The position numbers and the translations under genes were made by a program. Below are positions 11,423-20,192 of a stretch of 64,000 bases of DNA, one piece after another. How positions within the stretch are numbered: the first letter of the stretch is position 1; the number at the start of each line of letters is the position of its first letter. Under the pieces are notes generated by a model, which searched no databases, was not told where the DNA came from, and worked only from the letters and a program-made list of their open reading frames with translations. The stretch comes from Naegleria gruberi. Taxonomy: Eukaryota. The DNA lies in the NCBI GenBank assembly GCA_000004985.1, contig GG738863.1; one strand, written 5' to 3'.

Positions 11423-11848
11423 TTACAGGGATGTAATAATAATCACATAGATGTTTACCTTACTGAGGAAAAATTCAGCAATAGTCTCAGTAATGTTGGT
11501 TTGACAATAGATAGAAATGCTAGTGCTATAATCAATAGTCTTTTGTCTCTTGTGTGACATTTTAAGATTTTCTTTTTGTTTAAGATTTCCATTCCGTTTG
11601 TTTTCGTTTAAATTAGATTCGGAAATATTTTTAGCAACCACCTTAATTTTCGGAATTTTCTCTTCACTTGCTGGAGCTTTGGCAACTTCCACATAGGTAG
11701 GTTTAATTACTTCCGAGTTATTTTTAGTCTCATTGGGGGGCTTTATCATCGGAAGCATGTTTTCAATAATAGACTTATACGTATTGATCATTACAGTCTG
11801 CCGCTTTATTAGGTCGACAAGCGAAACAGGTTGGAGGTGTAGACTCAT
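11423..11848 (-). CDS. Uncertain upstream ORF (about 142 aa from the first ATG) at the 5' end of the LINE. It may be an ORF0 or N-terminal extension of the element, or it may be spurious.
   Basis: The track start at 11866 is TTG; the first ATG is at 11848-11846. The sequence is basic and K/N-rich (KRNGNLKQKENLKMSHKRQK). It would fuse in phase to ORF1 if a 64-nt GTAAGG...TTAG segment (11404..11467) were removed. Confidence 0.2.
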   Translation of the reverse strand: MSLHLQPVSLVDLIKRQTVMINTYKSIIENMLPMIKPPNETKNNSEVIKPTYVEVAKAPASEEKIPKIKVVAKNISESNLNENKRNGNLKQKENLKMSHKRQKTIDYSTSISIYCQTNITETIAEFFLSKVNIYVIIITSL

Positions 11849-11876
11849 TTTTTTTGAACTCAACAAGATTAAAAAA

Positions 11877-12983
11877 ATGCCTCCACCAAGCCCTCCACCC
11901 TCTCAACCCATCAATATTTATTCATCATCCTCATCTAATACACCTACTACTCATGGATTATCGACAACAATTCAAATATCAAAATCGTATTCACCTCCGA
12001 GATATTTTATGAATAGAGTGATCAGTCCTACAACACCCAATATAAATAATAATAATACTTCGGGAAGTGGATTAACGTTCAATCCTTCATTTATGAATCC
12101 TCCGATAATTGATGAAAATCAAAATGAATTTTTGGAATTAATTGAAGCTGAAACCTATGTTGATATTGAAAGATTAAGAGATATGTCTAGACATGGCATT
12201 CCTGATGATTTGAGAGCTTCAGTGTGGAAATATCTTCTTGGTGTTAACCCAGGTGACAAGGCAGAACAAATGAAAAGAGAACATATTTATTTTCAATCTG
12301 TGAAACAACAACAATTACAAAATAATTCTTCATTGGGATTATTCTACTACTCAAAGAGACAAAATATTATTTTATCAGTGGTGCAACAATCACTAAATCA
12401 GTCAAAAATCAAACACTACACCATTGAAGAGTTATTATATCTTTTGAGGCCTTTTGAATCTGTTTATATGAGCGACCCAATACAACCAAATGATGGAAAG
12501 GATTTGGAAAAGAATATTCACGATATGTATAGATGTTTTGAAGTTTTCCTTCAGAAGAATTATTTCAAAGAAAGTCTTTCCTATCAAGTTGCCAAATTGA
12601 TTACTCTTTTCAAATGTACACAACCAGACTTGTATCAATATTTTGTCAATGAAGAAGTAGAACCAAATGAATGGTGCCTTCCATGGATAAAATACTTGTT
12701 ATCGAAACAATTACCTTTGGATTGTGTTAGAAGACTTTGGGATACCTATTTTTCCACAAACGATTTTGATTTACATATTTACGTTTGTCTGGCAATATTA
12801 CAATACTACAATGAAACTCTTATGGAATTGGAATATAGTGAAATCAAATACTTTTTGAATAACATTTATACTATTGATAAGTCGACAGAAGATGGAGAAA
12901 ATAGTTTGATAAGAATTATTCCACACATTCTTAAACAAGCATATAATTTTAGAGCTTATGTGAAATCAAGGCAGTTAATTTAA
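11877..12983 (+). CDS. TBC-domain Rab GTPase-activating protein
   Basis: The real ATG is at 11877 (MPPPSPPPSQ...); the tracked start at 11733 is not ATG. The TBC signature IPDDLRASVWKYLLGV (arginine finger) is followed by a typical TBC helical core through YxQ-like regions. Single exon. Confidence 0.75.
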   Translation: MPPPSPPPSQPINIYSSSSSNTPTTHGLSTTIQISKSYSPPRYFMNRVISPTTPNINNNNTSGSGLTFNPSFMNPPIIDENQNEFLELIEAETYVDIERLRDMSRHGIPDDLRASVWKYLLGVNPGDKAEQMKREHIYFQSVKQQQLQNNSSLGLFYYSKRQNIILSVVQQSLNQSKIKHYTIEELLYLLRPFESVYMSDPIQPNDGKDLEKNIHDMYRCFEVFLQKNYFKESLSYQVAKLITLFKCTQPDLYQYFVNEEVEPNEWCLPWIKYLLSKQLPLDCVRRLWDTYFSTNDFDLHIYVCLAILQYYNETLMELEYSEIKYFLNNIYTIDKSTEDGENSLIRIIPHILKQAYNFRAYVKSRQLI

Positions 12984-13227
12984 TTGTACAATATTTACTG
13001 GTTGTCTTTGAGTGTCACTTCAAATGGTATAGCAAGTTAACGAGAATGAATCTGAGAGTAGTATTCAATTTTTAGTTGAATCCAAGAGTATTACTGAAAT
13101 TAATCCTCGTCTGTTCCCAGAGAAATTGTATCATTTTCATTAAACAAGTTCTTCTTAATGTCTTCCAAAATGTTGTCGTCAGACCATGAGAATTCTATTA
13201 TTTTGTTTTTGAGATTCTATTATTGAC

Positions 13228-14256
13228 TTACAACCTACCTTTACAAAACTTCTCCATCTCTCTCAGTTTATACTGATGTATTTGTGTTTCTTTTTTCAAA
13301 CCAAAAACTAGCTTGTCTATCAAGGCCTCTCTTCTATCCAGCTCTTTCCTATATTCAATCAATTCCTTTAAACGGTCTAATTTGGAGAGTTCTATTTCAT
13401 CCTTTGATAAGGAGTTGTCAAGTTCTTTGTGAGGAGTAATTGTGATTGTTTTTTCTGGGATTAAGTTTACTTGTCTTTCTGGCTCATCAAAATTGAAAGA
13501 GTTGTATGAATTATCAATGTGTTTGGAGAATGAGTTACTACCTCTTAAATCAATACCAGCTCCATAAATTTGTTCATCAAGACTTGCAATTTCTTGTTCC
13601 AACTCCTTTTCCAAATCAGCATCATCTTCATCGAAATCTGAGGATGATCCATTGTGAGAATTATCCAAGGGTTCCATATGCTCATACTCATCCTCTTCAC
13701 CATCGGAAATGTTAGAAATATTAGATAAATTTGTTGCTGGACTTTGAGCTGTCTGCTGCTTGGCATTATTTGGAAGCTTGTTTTTCAAAATTTCCAAGCT
13801 CTCTAAAAATTTTCTTGATCTTTCCCTATTATTTGGTTTTTGAGGACTGGAATTAGAGGAATTGTTGCTGGAGGTAGGAAGAGAAGGAGGTTGCTTTGTC
13901 GGAACTTGTGGTTTGTAAGTTGAATACAAATCATCCTCATCCAATTCATGTACCATTTGATTGTACATGTTTGATTTCATATTTGACATTTTCTTAAACC
14001 CACTCTGTAAAACCTCCAAAGACATTTTCTTTTTCTGCAACTCTTCCAAATTATTCTGTTTGTTTGTTTCCTTTATATTATGTCTGGTATGTTGATATTT
14101 TGATATAAATTTCTTCTTTGAATCACCTGATGAGCCGTTATTATTCCCTAAAGCCGTTGCTGCAGAGAGAATACTACCGATGGTAGTTCTTTGCTGTCCA
14201 CTAAGGTTCCCTCCCGACGAAGATAACGAGTAAGACGAAGATGTTCTTGAGGACAT
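13228..14256 (-). CDS. Hypothetical Ser/Asn-rich protein with C-terminal coiled coil
   Basis: 342 aa with ATG at 14256. It has a low-complexity S/N/Q-rich N-terminal two thirds, acidic patches, and a C-terminal helical/coiled segment (ELSKLDRLKELIEYRKELDRREALIDKL). No confident family. Confidence 0.4.
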   Translation of the reverse strand: MSSRTSSSYSLSSSGGNLSGQQRTTIGSILSAATALGNNNGSSGDSKKKFISKYQHTRHNIKETNKQNNLEELQKKKMSLEVLQSGFKKMSNMKSNMYNQMVHELDEDDLYSTYKPQVPTKQPPSLPTSSNNSSNSSPQKPNNRERSRKFLESLEILKNKLPNNAKQQTAQSPATNLSNISNISDGEEDEYEHMEPLDNSHNGSSSDFDEDDADLEKELEQEIASLDEQIYGAGIDLRGSNSFSKHIDNSYNSFNFDEPERQVNLIPEKTITITPHKELDNSLSKDEIELSKLDRLKELIEYRKELDRREALIDKLVFGLKKETQIHQYKLREMEKFCKGRL

Positions 14257-14467
14257 TTTTTAAATGTAAAAAATTGGCGGTAATTTATTTAACGTTAATT
14301 TCTATTTTGAAAATTTCAAAGCTTTTAGACCCAACCTATTCAATGGTGCTAAAGTGATGTCAAACCTTAATACAAAGAATAACAAATTATTTGAAATGCA
14401 AATAATAAACACTTCAATTCCACAATACAACCAAAGTACTTCAATTTCGTAATTTAAAAATAAAAAA

Positions 14468-16345
14468 ATGAAACAAGCAAGAAAGCTTTTACGTGAGAAG
14501 GAAGAGAAGGCTCTTGCTGAAAAGTTGAAGAAGATCGAGGATGAAGAAGATTCCTATGTTGACAATAGGAGAAATAATTCCTCTTTTAACGCCTTTTCTT
14601 ACTTGGAAGAAGAGGAAAATGTGGATGAAATGTACGGAGAAGATGTTTTGGACATGATTGATCAACAAGAAAAATCATCACAAAATGATGAAGAAGAAAT
14701 TACATCATACGTCAACACAGCAAAGCCAAATAATAAGAAGAACAAGAAAAAGAAGAAGAATGCCAAAAAGAAGGAAGATACACTTACTGATGAGGAATTT
14801 TTACAACAACAAATTCAACAAATGGGTTTGGATGAAGGTGGAAGTGCAACTGAAGGTTCTGCTACAACTTCCTCTGCAAGCCACAATGTTTATGACTTAT
14901 TTGAAATTTCCGATGTGAAATCTTTAAATCCAGAAAATGAATTCAAGAGAATTTTCGGAAGTGAAGCCATTTCTCAAACCAATGCCGCTGTGAGTGCTAA
15001 CTATGAAGAAAGTTTACCACGTGTACTCAGAAACAATCCACACTATGTCGGAAAGAGATCTGTAGTTATTGGTAAAAAGAAGAATGAAACCATCTTGAAT
15101 TTATTCGTCTCGGCCAAACCACATTGGCCTCATTATAGAACTCTCTACATGACCACTCAACTCAAAAGCACCAAACCAAATAATGTCGAAGTTTATGAAG
15201 TTGTTGAACAAAAAACTGTAACAGGAGGCACAACAGGTCTATATGCTCAAATTCAAGAGCAATACGAAAGAGCTCTACAAAGTGGAGATCCAAACAGCTT
15301 TATCTATATTTTACAACAAGTCCATCCATATCACGTTCACACCTTGTTGCAAATGAGTGAAGTTTTCAGAACCATGCAAGGAGAAAACGATCAAGCCCAA
15401 GATCTCAATGAAAGAGCCCTCTTTGCCATTCAACATATTTTGAACAATCAACAATTTGTAAATGGATTGGTGAAGGGTACATCTAGATTGGACTCGAGTC
15501 AAGAAATGTCCAAAGCAATCTACTTGTCCATTCTGAGTAGATTGCATGCTCTTGCTAGAAGTGGTGCCCACAACACTGCTTTTGATTTATCCAGAGTACT
15601 TCTTTCTCTTTCATGTGACTCTAGTAATCCTTCTCTCAATATTGCTGATCCAACCCACGTTCTCCTATTTATTGACTATTATGCCATTAGAATTCGTAAA
15701 TTTAGATTTGTCTATCACGACCTTGTTGAGAACTTTATTTTGAAACACCAAGAAGAATTACAATACCTACCAAACTTGATGTATAACAGAGCTTTGAGTT
15801 TGTGGCAAGATAATCACCTCTCTGAAGCTAATGATATACTCCAGAGAGCTCTTAAAATATGGCCAATGGTTGTTGTTGGCTTATTGACAGAAACCAAGAC
15901 ATCAAGATTTAGTGAATTCGAATCCAGAATGAGAAATACCTTCTTTACCAACAAGATTTGTTCCTCCCCAATATTTTCTAAACTCATTTCTGCATACGTA
16001 CGAAGGAATGTTGAATTTTGGAAGAATGATGATGTGTTGGATTGGCTCAAGTATAATATTGAGGAAATTTTGGACAATGGTGGTTCAAGCGATGATGATC
16101 TTCGTCAAAGCTGTTATTCACATCCAGTATTCTCCACCAATTATAGTGTTATTTATGAAAAGGAGGTTTTGGGAGAAGTCTTACCAGATCTCAACCAAAA
16201 CAACAACCAACCAACAAGAAGTAATGCTGGAAGAAACCCATTCCTCTACTTTTTAGAATCACTCATGCCATGGAGTGGAGGTGGTGTTAATTTAAATCAA
16301 TTCTTCGGTGCAGGCAATGATGACGAAGAAGATGATATCGAATAA
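14468..16345 (+). CDS. TCF25 / Rqc1-like protein (ribosome quality-control family)
   Basis: 625 aa with ATG at 14468. It has a basic K-rich N-terminus, then the conserved core QQVHPYHVHTLLQMSEVFRTMQGENDQAQDLNERALFAIQHIL, which matches the TCF25/Rqc1 HPYH.D.LLQ.SE motif region. Confidence 0.6.
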   Translation: MKQARKLLREKEEKALAEKLKKIEDEEDSYVDNRRNNSSFNAFSYLEEEENVDEMYGEDVLDMIDQQEKSSQNDEEEITSYVNTAKPNNKKNKKKKKNAKKKEDTLTDEEFLQQQIQQMGLDEGGSATEGSATTSSASHNVYDLFEISDVKSLNPENEFKRIFGSEAISQTNAAVSANYEESLPRVLRNNPHYVGKRSVVIGKKKNETILNLFVSAKPHWPHYRTLYMTTQLKSTKPNNVEVYEVVEQKTVTGGTTGLYAQIQEQYERALQSGDPNSFIYILQQVHPYHVHTLLQMSEVFRTMQGENDQAQDLNERALFAIQHILNNQQFVNGLVKGTSRLDSSQEMSKAIYLSILSRLHALARSGAHNTAFDLSRVLLSLSCDSSNPSLNIADPTHVLLFIDYYAIRIRKFRFVYHDLVENFILKHQEELQYLPNLMYNRALSLWQDNHLSEANDILQRALKIWPMVVVGLLTETKTSRFSEFESRMRNTFFTNKICSSPIFSKLISAYVRRNVEFWKNDDVLDWLKYNIEEILDNGGSSDDDLRQSCYSHPVFSTNYSVIYEKEVLGEVLPDLNQNNNQPTRSNAGRNPFLYFLESLMPWSGGGVNLNQFFGAGNDDEEDDIE

Positions 16346-16674
16346 AACTTTTTGAATCGAAAGGCTTCAGAGAATTCTACTTCGCGCCATTGGTCGAACT
16401 CAAACTTTAAAAAAACTGCCCAACACTTTCCATTTTTTCTTCTCATTCAAATTTTTCTTGTGACCAGCTTTGTATGCAAACAATAACAACCCCTGCCATT
16501 AGATCCGAACCTCGGACTACATCACAACAAAAGCCTTGTACAGATATTGTTGTTTCTTGTTCTAAAGTTGAAGCAATTTTACGCGAAAATTTCAACCAGG
16601 TTTTTGAACATATTGATGATGAATGTAAGGAAAATTAATTATTATAATACTCATGATTCAATTATTATCATCAC

Positions 16675-17997
16675 ATGTTGGTTAAAAATAATATTTCGGA
16701 TGAAACATCAGATGAAAAGTATTTAAATTCAATGAGGAATGTGCTTGAACTAGTACTATCAAATAATTCAATCAAAACAATTTCTGCCAGTTTCAAGAAG
16801 GTGTGGTATCAATTACTTTTAAAATCGACTAGTGACCATGAAGTTTGTGGACTCTACAAAATTTTGTGTTGGATTTTAACGTACACAAAATCAAATCAAC
16901 AACTTGCTGAATTCCACAAATCTTTGATTGCTGACTTTCACCCAGATTTTTATAATACCACCTCTCGATATGTTAAACAAATAGGTTCTGATAGGTGGAG
17001 GAGCTTTAATGATGACCAATATGAAGTAATACTCATGTTGGATGGTAAAGTACCAAGTCAAACCTCCAATGTAAAATTGAAACAAACACCAATTAAAAGT
17101 GAGTCAAATAAGGCAAAGGAGGAACCCCCAAAATCTCAACAGGATCCATCTAAGGTAAAGAATGAAAAAGTGTCATCAAATTACACAAATGACACACCTC
17201 AACCATCTCACACAAATAGAATGCCAAGCCTCAAAGCAGCACTTGCTCAAAGTTCAACTGTAAAACCAGAAAAAACAGCAGCTCCCTCTAAATCTCAACC
17301 ATCTAAAGTGGAAAATTTAAAACAAGAAAAGATGATACCTCCAAAAACAAGTATTCCACAAGTTAAACCTGAAAAAACAGTTCAAAAAGAAAGTATTCCA
17401 CAAGTCAAACCTGAAAAAGTAGCACAATCTAAACAAGTTTCTAAACCAAACAATATAGAAACTAATACTTCAAAAATCCCACTCAAGTCTGAACGGCTTA
17501 ATAATTCTACAATGTCTTCACCATCAAAACCTAAAATCAAACCTGCAACTCCAAGGAAAGTATTGACCACCCCTCCAATTCAAAACACTCAACCAATACC
17601 CACCAATAGAACTCCTGTTAAGCAAACTTCAGTGACAAAGCCTCGAATGATGTCGGCCTTTTCACAAGATGAAGAATCTCCAACTACCAAAAAGCGAGAA
17701 AGAAAATGGAGAAAGGAACACAATGAAAAATTAATGGATTACCTTTCTAACCGTCCTCATTTGGCCAATAATTCCTTCTTTGAAAGTGACAAATTAATGC
17801 AACAGTTCATAGAATCGTATGACTTTGCTGTTCCTTTATCAATACCAACCTTAGCAAAGAGAAAATACAAATACGATCAATTCTTCAACGCTATCATGCA
17901 AGCTACTCAAACAGTTATCAAAGCTGAAAAGGCAAACACTAACAAGAGAAAAGATCCACCTTCAAGCTCCTCCACTGCAAAAAGACACAAAATGTAG
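16675..17997 (+). CDS. Hypothetical protein with a globular N-terminal domain and a long K/P/S/T-rich tail
   Basis: 440 aa with ATG at 16675. There is an alternative two-exon model with upstream exon 16474..16624 (MQTITTPAIRSEPRTT...) joined via an 87-nt GTAAGG...CAG intron to 16712; both models are in frame. No recognisable domain. The tail carries a KRERKWRKEHNEK basic motif. Confidence 0.4.
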   Translation: MLVKNNISDETSDEKYLNSMRNVLELVLSNNSIKTISASFKKVWYQLLLKSTSDHEVCGLYKILCWILTYTKSNQQLAEFHKSLIADFHPDFYNTTSRYVKQIGSDRWRSFNDDQYEVILMLDGKVPSQTSNVKLKQTPIKSESNKAKEEPPKSQQDPSKVKNEKVSSNYTNDTPQPSHTNRMPSLKAALAQSSTVKPEKTAAPSKSQPSKVENLKQEKMIPPKTSIPQVKPEKTVQKESIPQVKPEKVAQSKQVSKPNNIETNTSKIPLKSERLNNSTMSSPSKPKIKPATPRKVLTTPPIQNTQPIPTNRTPVKQTSVTKPRMMSAFSQDEESPTTKKRERKWRKEHNEKLMDYLSNRPHLANNSFFESDKLMQQFIESYDFAVPLSIPTLAKRKYKYDQFFNAIMQATQTVIKAEKANTNKRKDPPSSSSTAKRHKM

Positions 17998-18050
17998 ATT
18001 TTCAGATAATCATTGAACAGTGAAAAGTTAGTGGATTTATTTTGGACATA

Positions 18051-18800
18051 TTAAACAAGGTTGGCAGGAAGTGGAATATTAGGAATCACAATATTATCAT
18101 CTTGTTGATTAGGGAAGACAGTATCGTGCGAAATTGGAGTTGGAGAAACAGCTTGAGGAACGAATACTCTTGGGATACGTGGGACATTATCATCGATAGG
18201 AGTTGGTTGAGGAAGTACAATTTGAGCATACTCAACTGGATCAATTTTTGGTTGTTCATACCGTATGGGTTCTTCATAAGCAGGTGCAAGAGGCTCCTGT
18301 TTATCATAAACATTGGTTTCTTGTTGCTTTGGATTGTCTTGCTTGAGATTAATTTGATTAGTTGTTTCTACGTGGACTTGGATTGGATCAACTTGTTCTA
18401 TATCATCATAGTCATTGTGATGATATTGAACTGCAGTGTCCTCGTTCTTTGCCTCTTGCTTAGCATTTGTTGATGCTGTAGTTGTTGCTACTTGGGTATT
18501 AGTGGCATTGTAATTATAATTATAATTTTGGATTGGTTGTTGATTGGTGGCAGTGTGGTGATGAGGAGTAGTTTCTGATTCGCTAGCTGGTTTTCCACAA
18601 TCAAGTTTTGAAATGGCATCCTTAATATTCTTAATAAATCTAATTGCCAAATATCCGATTTCACGAATAGTTTCAAAGAAAGTGTTTACCATCAATGGAA
18701 TTGTAATTCTTTGTCTTTTAGATCTGAGTTTGTGTAAATAGAAAGATCCAAAGAATGCCAAAATTAGACCTGCAGCAATGCATCCAATAATAATTCCAAT
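18051..18800 (-). CDS. C-terminal part of a single-pass type I membrane protein (TM helix plus Q/N/P/Y-rich cytoplasmic tail). The 5' part is lost in an assembly gap.
   Basis: Extending the tracked ORF 18051..18761 upstream gives ...GDIIGIIIGCIAAGLILAFFGSFYLHKLRSKRQR, a transmembrane helix followed by a basic stop-transfer sequence. The frame runs straight into the N run at 18801. Confidence 0.4.
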   Translation of the reverse strand: MGIIIGCIAAGLILAFFGSFYLHKLRSKRQRITIPLMVNTFFETIREIGYLAIRFIKNIKDAISKLDCGKPASESETTPHHHTATNQQPIQNYNYNYNATNTQVATTTASTNAKQEAKNEDTAVQYHHNDYDDIEQVDPIQVHVETTNQINLKQDNPKQQETNVYDKQEPLAPAYEEPIRYEQPKIDPVEYAQIVLPQPTPIDDNVPRIPRVFVPQAVSPTPISHDTVFPNQQDDNIVIPNIPLPANLV

Positions 18801-18977
18801 GATATCACCTTNNNNNNNNNNNNNNNNNNNNNNNNNNNNNNNNNNNNNNNNNNNNNNNNNNNNNNNNNNNNNNNNNNNNNNNNNNNNNNNNNNNNNNNNN
18901 NNNNNNNNNNNNNNNNNNNNNNNNNNNNNNNNNNNNNNNNNNNNNNNNNNNNNNNNNNNNNNNNNNNNNNNNNNNNN
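18801..18977. other. Assembly gap (177 N)
   Basis: A contiguous run of n characters. The ORFs with X residues that span it in the track are artefacts. Confidence 0.99.
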
Positions 18978-19091
18978 ACCCAGGCATCATTCACTGTCGA
19001 TTGTAGAGTTTCATTGCATTTGAAATGTGAGAAGAGAGAACATCATTAGTTATCACTGTTGCAAAAATTCTGTGTCTTGAGAACAATGAAT

Positions 19092-20119
19092 TTATTGTGA
19101 AAGTTCATTAAGGTAGGGAAAGACATACTTGTGGAATGGCTGATGTCTTTTGAGGTAATCTAATGGAGTTTCTCCATTGATATCTTTTGCTTGAACGTCG
19201 ACATTGTATTTGAGGAGGAGAGGAATGAGACACCATCTTGTGGCTATCATGCAGATTTGATGGAGAGGAGTGATTCCTTCATTGTCAGCAATATGAATCA
19301 AGAGAGGCTGTTTTTCAATAATGGTAACAATTGAATCACTGGTAATTCTTTGATTTTCAATTGCAAAATGGAGTGCAGTGGCTGATAGAATCTTTGTTGA
19401 TTTGACTTTTAGCGATTTTTCCAACAAGCTCTCAGGAGGTAAATAATTCAGAATGTATGAGAATGCAACACCATCCATACCATCACACATGATATTTACC
19501 AAGTTTGTTTGGAAATGTTGATCAGCATAGAAACCGTATTGGAAAGGTTTGAATAATTCAACCTTCTCCTCAGGAGAGCAGTGTTCGCAAAGGAAGGCCA
19601 TTAATCTACAATTCTTATTGGTATTAATAATGGTGGCCAGGTTTGTTTTCAATTTTGGAATATCTAATTTACACAGATTTTGTTTTAATAAACGTGACCA
19701 GTGATCCAACAATACTTGTCCAAAATCAGGTCCCAAACATGAGAAAATTTGTACTACTTGGTTTGAGATATCCCACCCACTATGAATTAATAGAGCTACA
19801 TTTTTCTCTGATAAATTTTGGGTACTACTCAAGAAAAGCTCACCATTATGATAAGTATTACAGAGATAGATAAAATATTGTAATATAGCAAACTTTCTAG
19901 GAGTAGAAACAAAATTGGCCAATTGGTCATCGATATTTAAAACTACATGAAATAAGATATCGCTAAGAATAAATACTTACTGGCTGGAGGATATCTGGTG
20001 AGGACAAAAGTGGCAATATCTTTCATAGTTTCAATAGAGCATTGGCCTTCATTGGAAACAATACTGAATAATCCTTTTGTTGAATACCATGGATTGTTAG
20101 ACTTTTGGATATCTGACAT
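19092..20119 (-). CDS. Ankyrin-repeat protein (two exons)
   Basis: The C-terminal ankyrin repeats read ...NEGITPLHQICMIATRWCLIPLLLKYNVDVQAKDINGETPLDYLK. Both tracked ORFs (19092..19922 and 19943..20245) start at TTG. Proposed model: ATG 20119-20117 (MSDIQKSNNPWY...); exon 19981..20119; 38-nt intron 19943..19980 (GTAAGT...GTAG); exon 19092..19942. Phase is consistent: A + TT gives I. Confidence 0.45.
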
Positions 20120-20192
20120 GTTGATTGAAGAAATATAAATGCTACGCTCTGATGTTGGGATATCTTGCACTTTTTCTGAATTTACATAGATA

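Larger units (their letters stand above)
6500..11870 (-). mobile_element. Full-length non-LTR (LINE-like) retrotransposon, apparently intact
   Basis: Two long minus-strand ORFs in the classic ORF1/ORF2 arrangement overlap by 14 nt (ATGCCAATGATTAA, plus 10384..10397). ORF2 carries AP-endonuclease, RT (...CFADD...) and RNase H signatures. A 3' UTR of roughly 150 nt with an AATAAA lies below 6654. The 5' boundary is uncertain and falls somewhere in 11368..11870. Confidence 0.65.

Noticed and set aside
11733-11876. Tracked N-terminal extension of the TBC gene (MGGFIIGSMF...)
   Set aside because: The track starts at a non-ATG codon. The first ATG (11877) begins a proline-rich segment, and the upstream part overlaps the retroelement 5' region on the other strand. 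It is more likely 5' UTR, though an upstream ATG-less extension cannot be formally excluded.
16891-17570. Short antisense ORFs within the K/P/S-rich gene and the 62-aa ORF 17382..17570
   Set aside because: These are low-complexity antisense readings with no conservation signal.
18764-19023. Three ORFs composed mainly of X residues
   Set aside because: They are translations of the N-run assembly gap.
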